Shown: piece by piece, positions 54,629-64,000 of the stretch | How positions within the stretch are numbered: the first letter of the stretch is position 1 | Layout of the letters: each line of letters opens with the position of its first letter | DNA from: a virus | Reading direction: 5' to 3' (one strand) | Length of the DNA: 64,000 nt | Virus record (IMG/VR): IMGVR_UViG_3300045988_098681 | Made by a program: the position numbers and the translations under genes | Notes under the pieces: generated by a model | What the model saw: the letters and a program-made list of their open reading frames with translations, nothing else | What the model was told of the DNA's origin: nothing | Databases searched by the model: none

Positions 54629-54955
54629 TTAAAGTATATTAGATTCTACAAGAGACAATACAAGGTTATCTCTAATTTCATTTACAATTTTTTGTGGAAC
54701 ACCTCTATATTCTTCAACGGGTGCATCTTCATATTCAATCGAAAATCCATCAGTTGGAGTATATTTTACAAATCCTCGTTTGCCCTCTTTTCGTTCAATA
54801 ACAGGGTATGACTCTACAAGAAACCCTGTCTCTTTAAGTTGTTCCTCTGTCTTGATAGTCCCATCTTCATTTTTTATTCCATATTGTTCATCAAATGGTC
54901 TATAATGGGTCATAACAACTCTATTTGTATCCTTATTCGTTTGTATATAAACCAT
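54629..54955 (-). CDS. hypothetical tail-associated protein
   Basis: TAGGAGGG RBS. Confidence 0.55.
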   Translation of the reverse strand: MVYIQTNKDTNRVVMTHYRPFDEQYGIKNEDGTIKTEEQLKETGFLVESYPVIERKEGKRGFVKYTPTDGFSIEYEDAPVEEYRGVPQKIVNEIRDNLVLSLVESNIL

Positions 54956-54963
54956 AAGCCCTC

Positions 54964-55248
54964 CTATCCCATTTTAAGTGCAATATATCCATTCCCTGCG
55001 TTGCCATTGATAGCTTTTACAACAACACTATCCCCAACAGCTAGTGTATCTGAACTTTTGTTTTTTAGTCCAGTGTATGGTTTATCGCCACCTGCAATTT
55101 GGACTGTATAATTTTGCCCATTTATTGAAAGAATTGTGCCATACATAATAGTCTCAACATTATTTTCTTTTAATATTCTACTACATTCGGAAGCCGCAAT
55201 TTTCTTCATTATTTTTATCAATATACTCATCTCATCTTGTGTAAACAT
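54964..55248 (-). CDS. small baseplate-region protein
   Basis: trimmed to MFTQDEM after AAAGGAGGTGG. Confidence 0.5.
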   Translation of the reverse strand: MFTQDEMSILIKIMKKIAASECSRILKENNVETIMYGTILSINGQNYTVQIAGGDKPYTGLKNKSSDTLAVGDSVVVKAINGNAGNGYIALKMG

Positions 55249-55262
55249 CTTGCCACCTCCTT

Positions 55263-56462
55263 TTAGCTTGGGTAATATGGCAATGTTGCTATATTTGTGC
55301 AATCTATTGTCATGTTTGAGTGAATAGATAATGGTATAGAAATAGATTGAATAATAAATCTATTGTCAAAGTAATTAAAGAAATCATCTGTTATCGCAAT
55401 ACAATTATTCACATCTAAGTGTATCATAAATGCACTACTAATTTGTACAGTTTGTTGTACGATTGATAACTTGTTTAACTCATAGTCGGCTCTATCTTGG
55501 GCAAGTGTTTGAGTGTAGATATTGCTGTCCTCTAAGTAATAATTTTTTATACCTATTAAATCTACTCTCGTTTGGCTTCTTGGATTAGTATTTTCTGACA
55601 CAGCTATGTAAAGTCCACCATCAGAATTTACATTTGCGCCAACTACTGTTACTCGATTACGAACATCGGTGAAATCATAATTTATATGACCCGAAAGATA
55701 CTCATACTCGGTATCTTTGAATATCCATAAGGTTGGTTTATTTACTTGTGAAATATCCTTAATACCACTCTGAATTACCAAATTACCATTTGTATTATAA
55801 TAAATATCGCAAGCAATCATATTTGCTAATTCAATTAACATATCACCGTAGGATTCATTAGCAGATTTTGACAAAGTATAAACAGTGGATTCATTGATAA
55901 GCGATGGGTCAAAGAAAATGGTCTTCAAATCAATCGGAACACCATTCCCATTATCTTGAAGTAAGGTATCTACAATTATATTATAAATCTTCTCTCCTGC
56001 ATCAATCTCATAGGTCGCATCAAGAGTTCCACCAAGAGTTCCGTCTAGTAAAGCGAACTTATCATAACATTGTATATCAATTATTTTTCTTGCGTCTTCT
56101 CTTGTTATTTGTGGTGTACCGATAACAAATATCCCCGCGCTATTCCATACAACATCTCCGTTAGCCATTTCCATACCTAAATCTAATTGAAATTTTGTAT
56201 TTACCCAAATTTTACTGTTAATACCATTCGGCGTAAATACTCCGCTCTCATTGTTGAGAGTAAAATTAAGGCTTCTTCTTTGACCTTGTGCATATTGAAT
56301 TTGTAAACTTCCAGATCCTTGAATAAGATACTCACTTATATCCTCTCTAAAAGATTCATCTGGATATAACAAGCTCAATCGAAATCTAGGGCGAATAGCT
56401 TGCTCTTTTACGATTTTAATATATTGTTGTGGGGGCATTTGATTGAAATTTATATTCGCCAT
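55263..56462 (-). CDS. baseplate/tail structural protein
   Basis: 399-aa ORF in tail module; function from position only. Confidence 0.5.
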   Translation of the reverse strand: MANINFNQMPPQQYIKIVKEQAIRPRFRLSLLYPDESFREDISEYLIQGSGSLQIQYAQGQRRSLNFTLNNESGVFTPNGINSKIWVNTKFQLDLGMEMANGDVVWNSAGIFVIGTPQITREDARKIIDIQCYDKFALLDGTLGGTLDATYEIDAGEKIYNIIVDTLLQDNGNGVPIDLKTIFFDPSLINESTVYTLSKSANESYGDMLIELANMIACDIYYNTNGNLVIQSGIKDISQVNKPTLWIFKDTEYEYLSGHINYDFTDVRNRVTVVGANVNSDGGLYIAVSENTNPRSQTRVDLIGIKNYYLEDSNIYTQTLAQDRADYELNKLSIVQQTVQISSAFMIHLDVNNCIAITDDFFNYFDNRFIIQSISIPLSIHSNMTIDCTNIATLPYYPS

Positions 56463-56463
56463 A

Positions 56464-57312
56464 TTACCCTCCTATTACATTAACAGATTGAATATCATTT
56501 AATTGAACAAAATTGAATGATACTTGTGTAATTTGCTCTACGGACTCATCAATATACCGCATATTGTTACCCATCGTAGACACAACCCAACCGTTTCCTT
56601 TTCTATCTCTTAGCAGTTTCGGCGTTGGTTGGGCTATAAAATCAACAAACCTATTATATTGTTCAACTGTGTCAACATATCTACCATCTTTTATATTGTT
56701 AAGGAATGCAGTAATAGAACTTGATAAATAATTCTTTTTCCCGCTTGAAATTTTAGGGAATTGAGTAAAATTTTCAACTATATACTTATCTATATTTTGG
56801 TCGAAGCCACTAGATGTAAGCATAGTATCGAATAACCAAATATTATCACTATCAGCATAGTATAATCCGTTTATTCCGGAATCGTTTAATCCAACAATAG
56901 ACCAATTCCACCAAGATGCTTTTACAAAGTCCTTTTGTTCGAGTGGTGCTGAAATATAGTTCTCTGTCTCTGCAAAAATTGTATATTGATATTCATCGTT
57001 ATTTAATACATTAAAATCAGATACTTTATATTGAGCCGCCGGAACCTTGGCAACAAAAGTAAAGACAGAATCATCGGGTTTTCTTTTGTATATTTGCCAA
57101 GCTATAACATTATCAGATAATCCCACTACATTTCCACCATTTATATCAGAGTTAAATGGAGCAAGCATAAGTGTTGTATCGTCCCATTGTGGCGAATAAG
57201 TATAAGCTGACACAGTATCTATTTCAGACTGCTCTGCCACATAATTTTTTATCCAAACATAATCTACAATAGAATTGCCATAAAGAGTTGCTTTGTTATA
57301 TGAAAGTTGCAT
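56464..57312 (-). CDS. baseplate/tail structural protein
   Basis: 282-aa ORF in tail module. Confidence 0.5.
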   Translation of the reverse strand: MQLSYNKATLYGNSIVDYVWIKNYVAEQSEIDTVSAYTYSPQWDDTTLMLAPFNSDINGGNVVGLSDNVIAWQIYKRKPDDSVFTFVAKVPAAQYKVSDFNVLNNDEYQYTIFAETENYISAPLEQKDFVKASWWNWSIVGLNDSGINGLYYADSDNIWLFDTMLTSSGFDQNIDKYIVENFTQFPKISSGKKNYLSSSITAFLNNIKDGRYVDTVEQYNRFVDFIAQPTPKLLRDRKGNGWVVSTMGNNMRYIDESVEQITQVSFNFVQLNDIQSVNVIGG

Positions 57313-57315
57313 GTC

Positions 57316-58770
57316 TTACGCCTCCTCTATCGTTGCTGTAAAAGCGTCTGTTGTGATGGTGCGAGATGCTGTAACGGATGTATCTATAAAACGCGCAGAT
57401 GATGGATATGAAGAATAATACACATGTCCATACTCGTCTAGCACATAAGCGAACATATTTTGGCACTTTAACACAATATCTTCGTTGTCGGCAGCTTTAA
57501 TCTTATATATGTATCCTGCAATATTGACACTCATAGTAAATACAAATTTGTCCCAAATAAGAGTGCCAGAACTTGTACCTATTGTATATTTCTTTTGCCA
57601 AATATTTGTATCTGATACTGGTTGTATGCTTTCAGTGTGTCTAAAAATAGCAGTCCAATTTTGATTTGTATCTTGTATTGCCATTGTAAATTTTCTTGCA
57701 CCAACACCAGAATATTGTACGTCATATGTTAACCCTACTATTGTAGTTGTTCCAACACTACCGCTTGTTCCATACCAAGGATAAGAATAAGTTCCTTCTG
57801 ATAAAAGAGAACCATCGTTAATACTATAACTTGTTATTAAAACGCTAGAAGCATATGAATAACATAAGTAAATATTTCCAACATTTACACGTCCATTGGT
57901 TGAATCATATGAAGTCGAATTTCTCATTATTGTGCCTTTTTCAAAGCCATGAGTTCCAGATATATTCTTTTTAAAAGCGACACTTCCTGTTTGAGTGTCT
58001 ATACAAACGATAACAGGAGACCCACTTGTTAATGGTATAACAGTGAATACAATCGCACTATCATTTATGTTCTTAAAAACGTCATATTTTTGTAATGAAC
58101 CAGTTTCGTATTTTATAGCAGATAAATCTGTTCCATTTTTTATAATTACTATATAATTATCACCTTGGCTCTGGTCGGAATAATTCATTTGGGCTGTTAT
58201 AATATATAATTCATCTCTACCAGCGAGATTGTTATAAATAGGTACAACATCCACACTAGTGCTCATTGTGCCGTCAGAACTTACTACAATATATTGCGAT
58301 AAATCGAATGTTGCTATTATTTCGTTGCTTGTTTTATTGATGCAATATACAAGTTTATCGTCATTAACATAGCAATATACTAAAAATTTTCCAAAATAAC
58401 AATAGTTAAACGGTTCAGGATATGGTGATTCAAATGATTCTGGAGAAACTATTCCAGAAATAGCAGTTTCTTTTATTTCCAAATTACTAAAACTTGTAAT
58501 CTCATATTCAATTCCATAATCATCATCAAGTAAAAAAGCAACGCTTTTATTTGCGCTCTCATCGAATGAATTAAAATTTCCATTGACATTAAAAAGTGTG
58601 GTGCCAGTCCTGATATTTGAACTAGTTAAGTTTTTATCTCCATAAATTGTTAAATCTTTATCTAATAATGTATCTTTTGGTATAATTTGATTATTTGTAC
58701 TAGGAGTAATACTTTCTATATTTAATGGATTTCCACTTTGACCGCCTATCATTCCATACGCATTTGCCAT
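57316..58770 (-). CDS. tail structural protein (fibre/spike-like), shares N-module with 58782-59075
   Basis: MANAYGMIGGQSGNP...TPSTNNQIIPKDT...GDKNLTSSNIRTG. Confidence 0.5.
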   Translation of the reverse strand: MANAYGMIGGQSGNPLNIESITPSTNNQIIPKDTLLDKDLTIYGDKNLTSSNIRTGTTLFNVNGNFNSFDESANKSVAFLLDDDYGIEYEITSFSNLEIKETAISGIVSPESFESPYPEPFNYCYFGKFLVYCYVNDDKLVYCINKTSNEIIATFDLSQYIVVSSDGTMSTSVDVVPIYNNLAGRDELYIITAQMNYSDQSQGDNYIVIIKNGTDLSAIKYETGSLQKYDVFKNINDSAIVFTVIPLTSGSPVIVCIDTQTGSVAFKKNISGTHGFEKGTIMRNSTSYDSTNGRVNVGNIYLCYSYASSVLITSYSINDGSLLSEGTYSYPWYGTSGSVGTTTIVGLTYDVQYSGVGARKFTMAIQDTNQNWTAIFRHTESIQPVSDTNIWQKKYTIGTSSGTLIWDKFVFTMSVNIAGYIYKIKAADNEDIVLKCQNMFAYVLDEYGHVYYSSYPSSARFIDTSVTASRTITTDAFTATIEEA

Positions 58771-58781
58771 AATATTACCTC

Positions 58782-59075
58782 CTATCTTTGAATTGATGTT
58801 ATTTTATATACAGAATAGCCTCCATCAATATATAAGTATGCAGTCCCTATTCCACCTACATTCTGAACCGCAACAGCAGAACCACTGATTCCGAATATTG
58901 AAATGCCCAATTTTATATTTTTAGAGACTAAATTAGCATCCCCTTTAACAATCGTTTCCTCATCAAAATATGTGTCAACAGGAATTACGATATTATTTGT
59001 AGTAGGTATAATTGGGTTGCTCCCAGTATAATAATCTCCACCAAGACCACCTACAAGACTATAAGCATCTGCCAT
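58782..59075 (-). CDS. small structural protein carrying only the shared N-module
   Basis: MADAYSLVGGLGGDY...IPTTNNIVIPVDT...GDANLVSKNIKLG. Confidence 0.5.
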   Translation of the reverse strand: MADAYSLVGGLGGDYYTGSNPIIPTTNNIVIPVDTYFDEETIVKGDANLVSKNIKLGISIFGISGSAVAVQNVGGIGTAYLYIDGGYSVYKITSIQR

Positions 59076-59077
59076 AT

Positions 59078-59446
59078 TTATGCACCTACCTTAATCTTAA
59101 TAATGTTGACAACGATATTTGTAGTAGGAGTCTTAGTACAATTAAAAGTGATAGAGTTTGTTATCGTCACATTGTTCGGATAAATACCAGCTTTTGCATA
59201 TGCCTCAAAATTATTAGGACTCGGAAATGTTAAATAAACATATCCAGTTGTTTCCAATCCTACCACTTGAATTGTTTGCGTATTCCCACTCCATCTATTA
59301 GAGGACAATGTTCCAGTTAAAATACTTGAGGTTGCATTAAATATTGCAGTATCTATTTTATCAGAATTAGAATTTATAATGTCAACACTTACAATCGAAT
59401 CGCCATCTGGTTTTTCTAAATTATAATGACTCGTAAATGTAGCCAT
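59078..59446 (-). CDS. hypothetical tail-associated protein
   Basis: TAGGAGGTGA RBS. Confidence 0.55.
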   Translation of the reverse strand: MATFTSHYNLEKPDGDSIVSVDIINSNSDKIDTAIFNATSSILTGTLSSNRWSGNTQTIQVVGLETTGYVYLTFPSPNNFEAYAKAGIYPNNVTITNSITFNCTKTPTTNIVVNIIKIKVGA

Positions 59447-59457
59447 AAAATCACCTC

Positions 59458-61104
59458 CTATATCTTGTTATACCTAAGTTCATTCCAAGTATAACTCCTT
59501 AAATCATTCCAAGTATAATTTCTCAAATCGTTCCAAGTAGTAGCCATAATTTCAAGAGCTGTTATTATTACTTCGTTTGGCAATAATGCTATCTTGAACC
59601 AATAATCAGATAAATTACCGCTCAATGGTTGCATTTGAACAGTTTCTTGCTTATTTATATCTCCATTGGAAATCTCATATATAAAAGAGCCACCTTGATA
59701 TGATAATTGGTATAAAGCATTGGTATAGTTTGTTGTTTCCATATCCTCATTTATATCATCCCATAGATATCTAAGGTTTGTGCCAGTGTTATTATAAATA
59801 ACATCGTTTCTTGGACTTGTGCCAGTAGTATCCCATGTATTAGTTGATATGGCAGTGTAAATAAGTTTTGTTGTTGTATTGTAATATTTATCGCCTGCTG
59901 TAGCAGACACTGGTGCGCTTGTACTCATTGCAACCAAATCAATATATTCACCCTCTTGTTTATAAATTATCCCACTAAAGTTATTATCTGTAGTGTGCCA
60001 ATTTATAAAAGTCGTAGATTCATATGGAACATATAAAGGTGATTGTGTTGAACCAATATTCCAAATGATATTTGTTCCATCATTTATTCTTACACTATTG
60101 CTACCGATATAAGGTTCATTTGTGAGAAAATCATATTGTGGGGATGTTGCAGTTTCAGATACTGCTTCGCCTCTATTTATCAATAATGGAGACCACATCA
60201 AATCTATTGAATCATTCTCACAATTTACTCTAGCTGTCGGCGGATTATCAATTTGTGGTTGAGCATATTGAACATCGAACCATATTGTAGGTTGATTCAA
60301 AATAACTCCATCTTGATTTTCTAATACTAAGCTGACACCATATCTTTCACTATTGATGAAGCCATCAAAAGTATATTCTATTACGCCTGCACTAATCTCA
60401 CCACTTCTATTTATAATCTCGCCCAACCGATTATAAATTATCCATTCAAAATATTTATACCCAATATTCTCATTCTGCTCATAAGTAGCTTTAAATGTAT
60501 AGGATTTGTTATCTACAATACTTGGAATTGCAGATAGAGTAAGGGTAGGATTCGTCCTAGCTTTAAAATAATAACTTGTAGAAGTTACATTGTTATTATA
60601 GATATTATAACTTGCATTATTATTTGCATACTGATATAAAGACGGATTTGTCACAACATAAACTTTTCCATCTTCCTCACCCATATCAGTAATTAACCCA
60701 CGATATGCTCCAATCTGCATATACATACCAGTTTTTACAAATTGATTTGGTCTAATATAAATGTGTTGATTAACAGTTGTCCCAATGCCTTGGCAAGTTC
60801 CATAAGTTATCCAGATATCTGCTATTTCTGTATATAGAGTAACACTCCATAAATAATCAACTCCATTTACTAATCCTACTGTTGATGGAACAGTAAACGA
60901 TAAAATATCGCCAGAATACAATGGTTTTGATAATGTAATTACACTAGATTGATATATACTTTCTCCACTATCTGTCGTAATTACATACTTATACGATGTA
61001 ACTTTTGTTCCACCATCGGCATTTATGTAACATGAAAATTCATTCACCTTTTTTCCATCTATATCTGATAAATATGGTGATGGATAGGACGGTTGGTATA
61101 ACAT
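59458..61104 (-). CDS. tail structural protein immediately after tape measure (distal-tail position)
   Basis: AAAGGAGGAAA RBS; C-terminal TWNDLR repeats. Confidence 0.5.
   Translation of the reverse strand: MLYQPSYPSPYLSDIDGKKVNEFSCYINADGGTKVTSYKYVITTDSGESIYQSSVITLSKPLYSGDILSFTVPSTVGLVNGVDYLWSVTLYTEIADIWITYGTCQGIGTTVNQHIYIRPNQFVKTGMYMQIGAYRGLITDMGEEDGKVYVVTNPSLYQYANNNASYNIYNNNVTSTSYYFKARTNPTLTLSAIPSIVDNKSYTFKATYEQNENIGYKYFEWIIYNRLGEIINRSGEISAGVIEYTFDGFINSERYGVSLVLENQDGVILNQPTIWFDVQYAQPQIDNPPTARVNCENDSIDLMWSPLLINRGEAVSETATSPQYDFLTNEPYIGSNSVRINDGTNIIWNIGSTQSPLYVPYESTTFINWHTTDNNFSGIIYKQEGEYIDLVAMSTSAPVSATAGDKYYNTTTKLIYTAISTNTWDTTGTSPRNDVIYNNTGTNLRYLWDDINEDMETTNYTNALYQLSYQGGSFIYEISNGDINKQETVQMQPLSGNLSDYWFKIALLPNEVIITALEIMATTWNDLRNYTWNDLRSYTWNELRYNKI
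59476..59547 (-). repeat. 3 x 24-bp in-frame tandem repeat
   Basis: encodes (Y)TWNDLRN / YTWNDLRS / YTWNELRY at the C-terminus of 59458-61104. Confidence 0.7.
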
Positions 61105-61121
61105 ATACCATTTCCTCCTTT

Positions 61122-61156
61122 CTAAAAAGAATATCCCCTGTCGAAACAGGGGATTC
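61122..61156 (-). terminator. intrinsic terminator/attenuator right after the tape-measure stop
   Basis: minus strand AUCCCCUGU-UUCG-ACAGGGGAU then AUUCUUUUU. Confidence 0.6.
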
Positions 61157-61160
61157 TATA

Positions 61161-62103
61161 TTAACCCCGAACAATAGCAAGATTTTGTAATTGTCTTACA
61201 AAGTCTTTTGCGTTGTCGGATTGTACGGTAAGATTTTGAATTGTAATGGAGTGGTCGTTTGTAATCACAGACGATTGCGCACCCATTAGATTCTTTGGAT
61301 TGATTCTACCCCAATCCATAAGGTTTTTCGTTAAGTCAGCAGGAATAATGCCTGTTCCCTTCTTTAGAAAATCATAGTTTCCCGTAGGAGGAATCATAAG
61401 CTCGTCACCAAGCTCGTTGACATTATAAACACCTGTCTTTGGAAGAGAAAGCGAACCCGAAGCCTTCTTGCCTGCTTTTTTAAGTGGGTCAGCAGTGCCA
61501 GCTTTAACTTTTTTCTTTGAGGTCTTGGTACTAGAAGCTCTATAATGTAAATTACCTTGTGCATCGTACCAAACTTCTACCTCGTATCCCTCAGCACGTC
61601 TTTGGTCGATATTGGCTTGAACTGCACGATTACGGATTTCTTGTGCCGACATGGTTTCTTGGTAATAGTAGGTTGCATCTGTTGTTTTTGTAGATGCAGG
61701 TTTCCATTCCGGAACGACCATGTTGTTTGCATTATTGAGGGCTGAATTTGCTAAATCAAGCTCCTTTTGAGCTGCATTAACAGCTTGGATTGCCGCAATA
61801 ACCTCTTGTGTCCCACTAATGTACGAGTTCTTCCAATTTGTAAAGTTTTGTGTTCGACCTTGGAATATGGCTTGTTCAATAGTCATGCCAAGTTCCGCTT
61901 CAATGTTGTAGCGGTTAAGAGCCTTTGTTTGCTCATCAATTACATCTTGGTATGCTTTCTTTTCATCTTCTTTTTTCTTAATTAAATCCTCAAGAGCCTT
62001 AATTTGTTCTTGAATTGCTTGCTTTTCTTTTTCGCGCTTTCGAGCAGTATCAAAATCATCGAGTGCGGTTTGAGCATCCTTTACTTTTTTAGGGTCAGCA
62101 GTC
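61161..62103 (-). CDS. tail tape measure protein, 3' exon (boundary +/- ~6 nt)
   Basis: frame stays open 72 codons upstream of the first ATG (..WTADPKKVKDAQTALDDFDTARKREKEKQAIQEQIKALEDL..), same coiled-coil character as the 5' part. Confidence 0.65.
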
Positions 62104-63502
62104 CATCAGTCTGTTACTTTTATGACCTATAAAAATAGGCGAGCTGGCATTTCTACCAACTTCTCACATTTCATTATTTGATTATAGTGTGAGTTCGGAC
62201 TATATATTAAATCTGTCTAAACAGATTAACAACTTCAATATATATGTTACCATATATATCCTGTAGTCTCTACGGATTTTAAATGTTAATAAAAAAGTTC
62301 TGATAAAATATTTTTTATATTTTTATACTCCCAATAAGGTATTTCAATAAATCTGATATTATGTTTTCTACAATATTCTCTTTTAATGTTATCTCTAATT
62401 TGTCCATTTTTAAAATTTTGTAAAGCCTCTTCTTTTGATGAGCCAAATGTTACAACCTCATAATGTTGTTGCCCCATATATTCAATTACACAATTATACT
62501 CTGGGAGATAAAAGTCATATTCTAGTGAGTTAATATATTTACATTTATCAAGGACACATTGTTCTATATATTCTATCCCCATCTCATCTAAAAATTTAGA
62601 AACTTCTCGTTCGCCAATAGTAGCATAGCATTTTGGACATTTTCTACCTACCAACATTTTGTTTGGAATCATCTCAAATTCCTTATGGCAAATATTACAT
62701 TTACATAAAATAGGAGTAGAATTATTAATATATTCACCTAAAATCTCATAACTTTTATCTCTTCTTGCATCGTTTATCAAATCTTCTTTAGTAAAATTCA
62801 ATAAATGACAACTACACTTATTCCTCTTTGCCATTAACCTCAAAGATTGCAACATGCAAGATTGAACCCCTTTATTCTTGTGCCTTTTACAAATATAAGA
62901 AACCCTACTTTTTCTTCTTTGATTTTTTCTATCAATACCTACATAAATCAATCCCGCATTGTCGCACAAATTATTTAATTCATTTACATTAAAAGGTTTC
63001 AATAAATTTTCATCTTCTCTCATTGCATTATATCTACATTCGTTATTGCAATATATTTTATCATATAACTTATATCTTGCCAATGAAATTCTTATAGAAT
63101 TACCACAATATGAACATTTCGTAGAAATAGACTTATTGGTTATGTTTAAAAAATTATCTAAAAGAAATATAATATCATCTAAATTTTTATTGCTGTCATT
63201 TAAAACAATTTCATTCAAACATTTCTTTTGATATAATAATTGATACAATAAATCATCTAATTCGCCTATATGCCAATTAGTTTCCAATAAAACTTTTTCT
63301 ACCTCTTCTTTTCTTCTATAATAAAAACTATATATCTTACAATTTTTATCTATTTTATATGGACATACAAAACACTCATATCCACAATATTGTAACTTTT
63401 TCATAACATTTAATCTTTCCTCGGTCTACACTATCTCTAGTCTTTAACCGATATAGTTGTTTTATTCGATATATGTCTCCATATAAAGGGGCATGTTAGT
63501 CT
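62104..63502 (-). mobile_element. ~1.4-kb intron-like insertion (probable group I intron) in the tape measure gene
   Basis: splits one coiled-coil ORF; carries nuclease ORF 62286-63404 flanked by 91 and ~180 nt of non-coding sequence; markedly AT-richer than flanks. Confidence 0.55.
62286..63404 (-). CDS. intron-encoded Zn-ribbon + Vsr/DUF559-like (PD-(D/E)xK) putative homing endonuclease
   Basis: multiple CxxC pairs; C-terminal E..VSKFLDEMGIEYIEQ...YDFYLPEYNCVIEYMGQQHY. Confidence 0.6.
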   Translation of the reverse strand: MKKLQYCGYECFVCPYKIDKNCKIYSFYYRRKEEVEKVLLETNWHIGELDDLLYQLLYQKKCLNEIVLNDSNKNLDDIIFLLDNFLNITNKSISTKCSYCGNSIRISLARYKLYDKIYCNNECRYNAMREDENLLKPFNVNELNNLCDNAGLIYVGIDRKNQRRKSRVSYICKRHKNKGVQSCMLQSLRLMAKRNKCSCHLLNFTKEDLINDARRDKSYEILGEYINNSTPILCKCNICHKEFEMIPNKMLVGRKCPKCYATIGEREVSKFLDEMGIEYIEQCVLDKCKYINSLEYDFYLPEYNCVIEYMGQQHYEVVTFGSSKEEALQNFKNGQIRDNIKREYCRKHNIRFIEIPYWEYKNIKNILSELFY

Positions 63503-64000
63503 ACCCATCCTAAACTGCTGTCATATACCCTAACCGTCTTTTGCTTCTTGGCTTCTTCAAGTGCATTAACCAACTTAATACGTTCAGCCTGTTTATCAAG
63601 AGCTTCATTTTGCTCGTCCATAAGGTCAAGTTGTTCGTTAAGTTTTGCAATTTGCTCATTATAGCCATCTATCGTTTTGTCGATAATTTCTGTTTGCTCG
63701 TCTGCATAGAATTGCAAGGCTGATATAAACGCATTGGCTCTATCTTGTCTCTTTTGAGCTTCTTCTAACTTCTTTTGAGCTGCTTCGACTGCGGCTTCGG
63801 CGGCTTCAATCGCCGCTTGTTTAAGAGCCTTGGCAACCTCGTTCTTTGCTGCATAAGCTGCATCTACAAGTGCATTACGAGTCACCTTAACCATTGACTT
63901 GTCTAATGCACCCGACTTAACAGATTGTCTTATAGATTTTTCGGACTTCTTTTGAGCTTCGTCTACCTTCTTTTGGTATTGCTCGGCTGTTAGTTGTCCG
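63503..64000 (-). CDS. tail tape measure protein, 5' exon (partial, continues beyond window)
   Basis: A/E/K/Q-rich coiled coil; frame open to the window edge; ends ...YDSSLGWV. Confidence 0.65.

Noticed and set aside
61887-62103. Treating 61161-61886 (first ATG) as an independent gene and 63496-63894 as another
   Set aside because: The frame is open for 72 more codons upstream of that ATG with the same coiled-coil sequence and no RBS. This favours a single spliced tape-measure gene.
1-64000. Genome-wide stop-codon reassignment (TAG recoding) suggested by the in-frame TAG at 23082
   Set aside because: All large replication and structural genes are intact under the standard code. TAG is also used as a genuine terminator directly before RBS-led genes (e.g. 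9675-9677, 31526-31528). The event is therefore local.

Overview
This window reads as a contiguous piece of a large, low-GC, Firmicutes-style tailed-phage (or prophage) genome. All calls are by eye from the sequence and ORF track, with no searches or folding run, and family names are recalled from motifs. Layout: (1) A short leftward operon of small genes lies at 132-2842, running from a promoter at ~3011-3039 to a terminator at ~89-116. (2) A ~900-bp gene-free, TGG/GGA-rich, repeat-bearing divergent control region lies at 3160-4095. It contains a consensus promoter that drives no ORF and a nested-helix RNA candidate. (3) A long rightward early/middle arm spans 4096-48561. It starts with dozens of small genes, including an expanded Cys-rich family, a tyrosine recombinase, HNH nucleases, a HicB-like protein, a Lar-like protein and three orphan DNA methyltransferases. 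A full replication module follows: Gp157-like protein, SSB-like protein, AAA_24 ATPase, DnaB, DnaG, RecJ-like DHH nuclease, beta-CASP MBL, DnaE-type Pol III alpha and RecD-like helicase. Next come two tandem sigma factors and a nucleotide-metabolism block (intron-split class II RNR nrdJ, divergent ThyX, dNMP kinase, 5'-nucleotidase, dUTPase). (4) A bidirectional terminator sits at ~48570-48600. (5) A convergent leftward late tail module spans 48620 to beyond 64000, with multiple fibres, baseplate-type proteins and a tape-measure gene interrupted by a ~1.4-kb intron-like insert carrying a Vsr/DUF559-type nuclease ORF. The most interesting items are the two intron-like insertions, the non-coding control region with its candidate RNA, the Cys-rich paralogue expansion, and the nucleotide-metabolism and anti-restriction gene content. 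No tRNA, rRNA or CRISPR array was seen.
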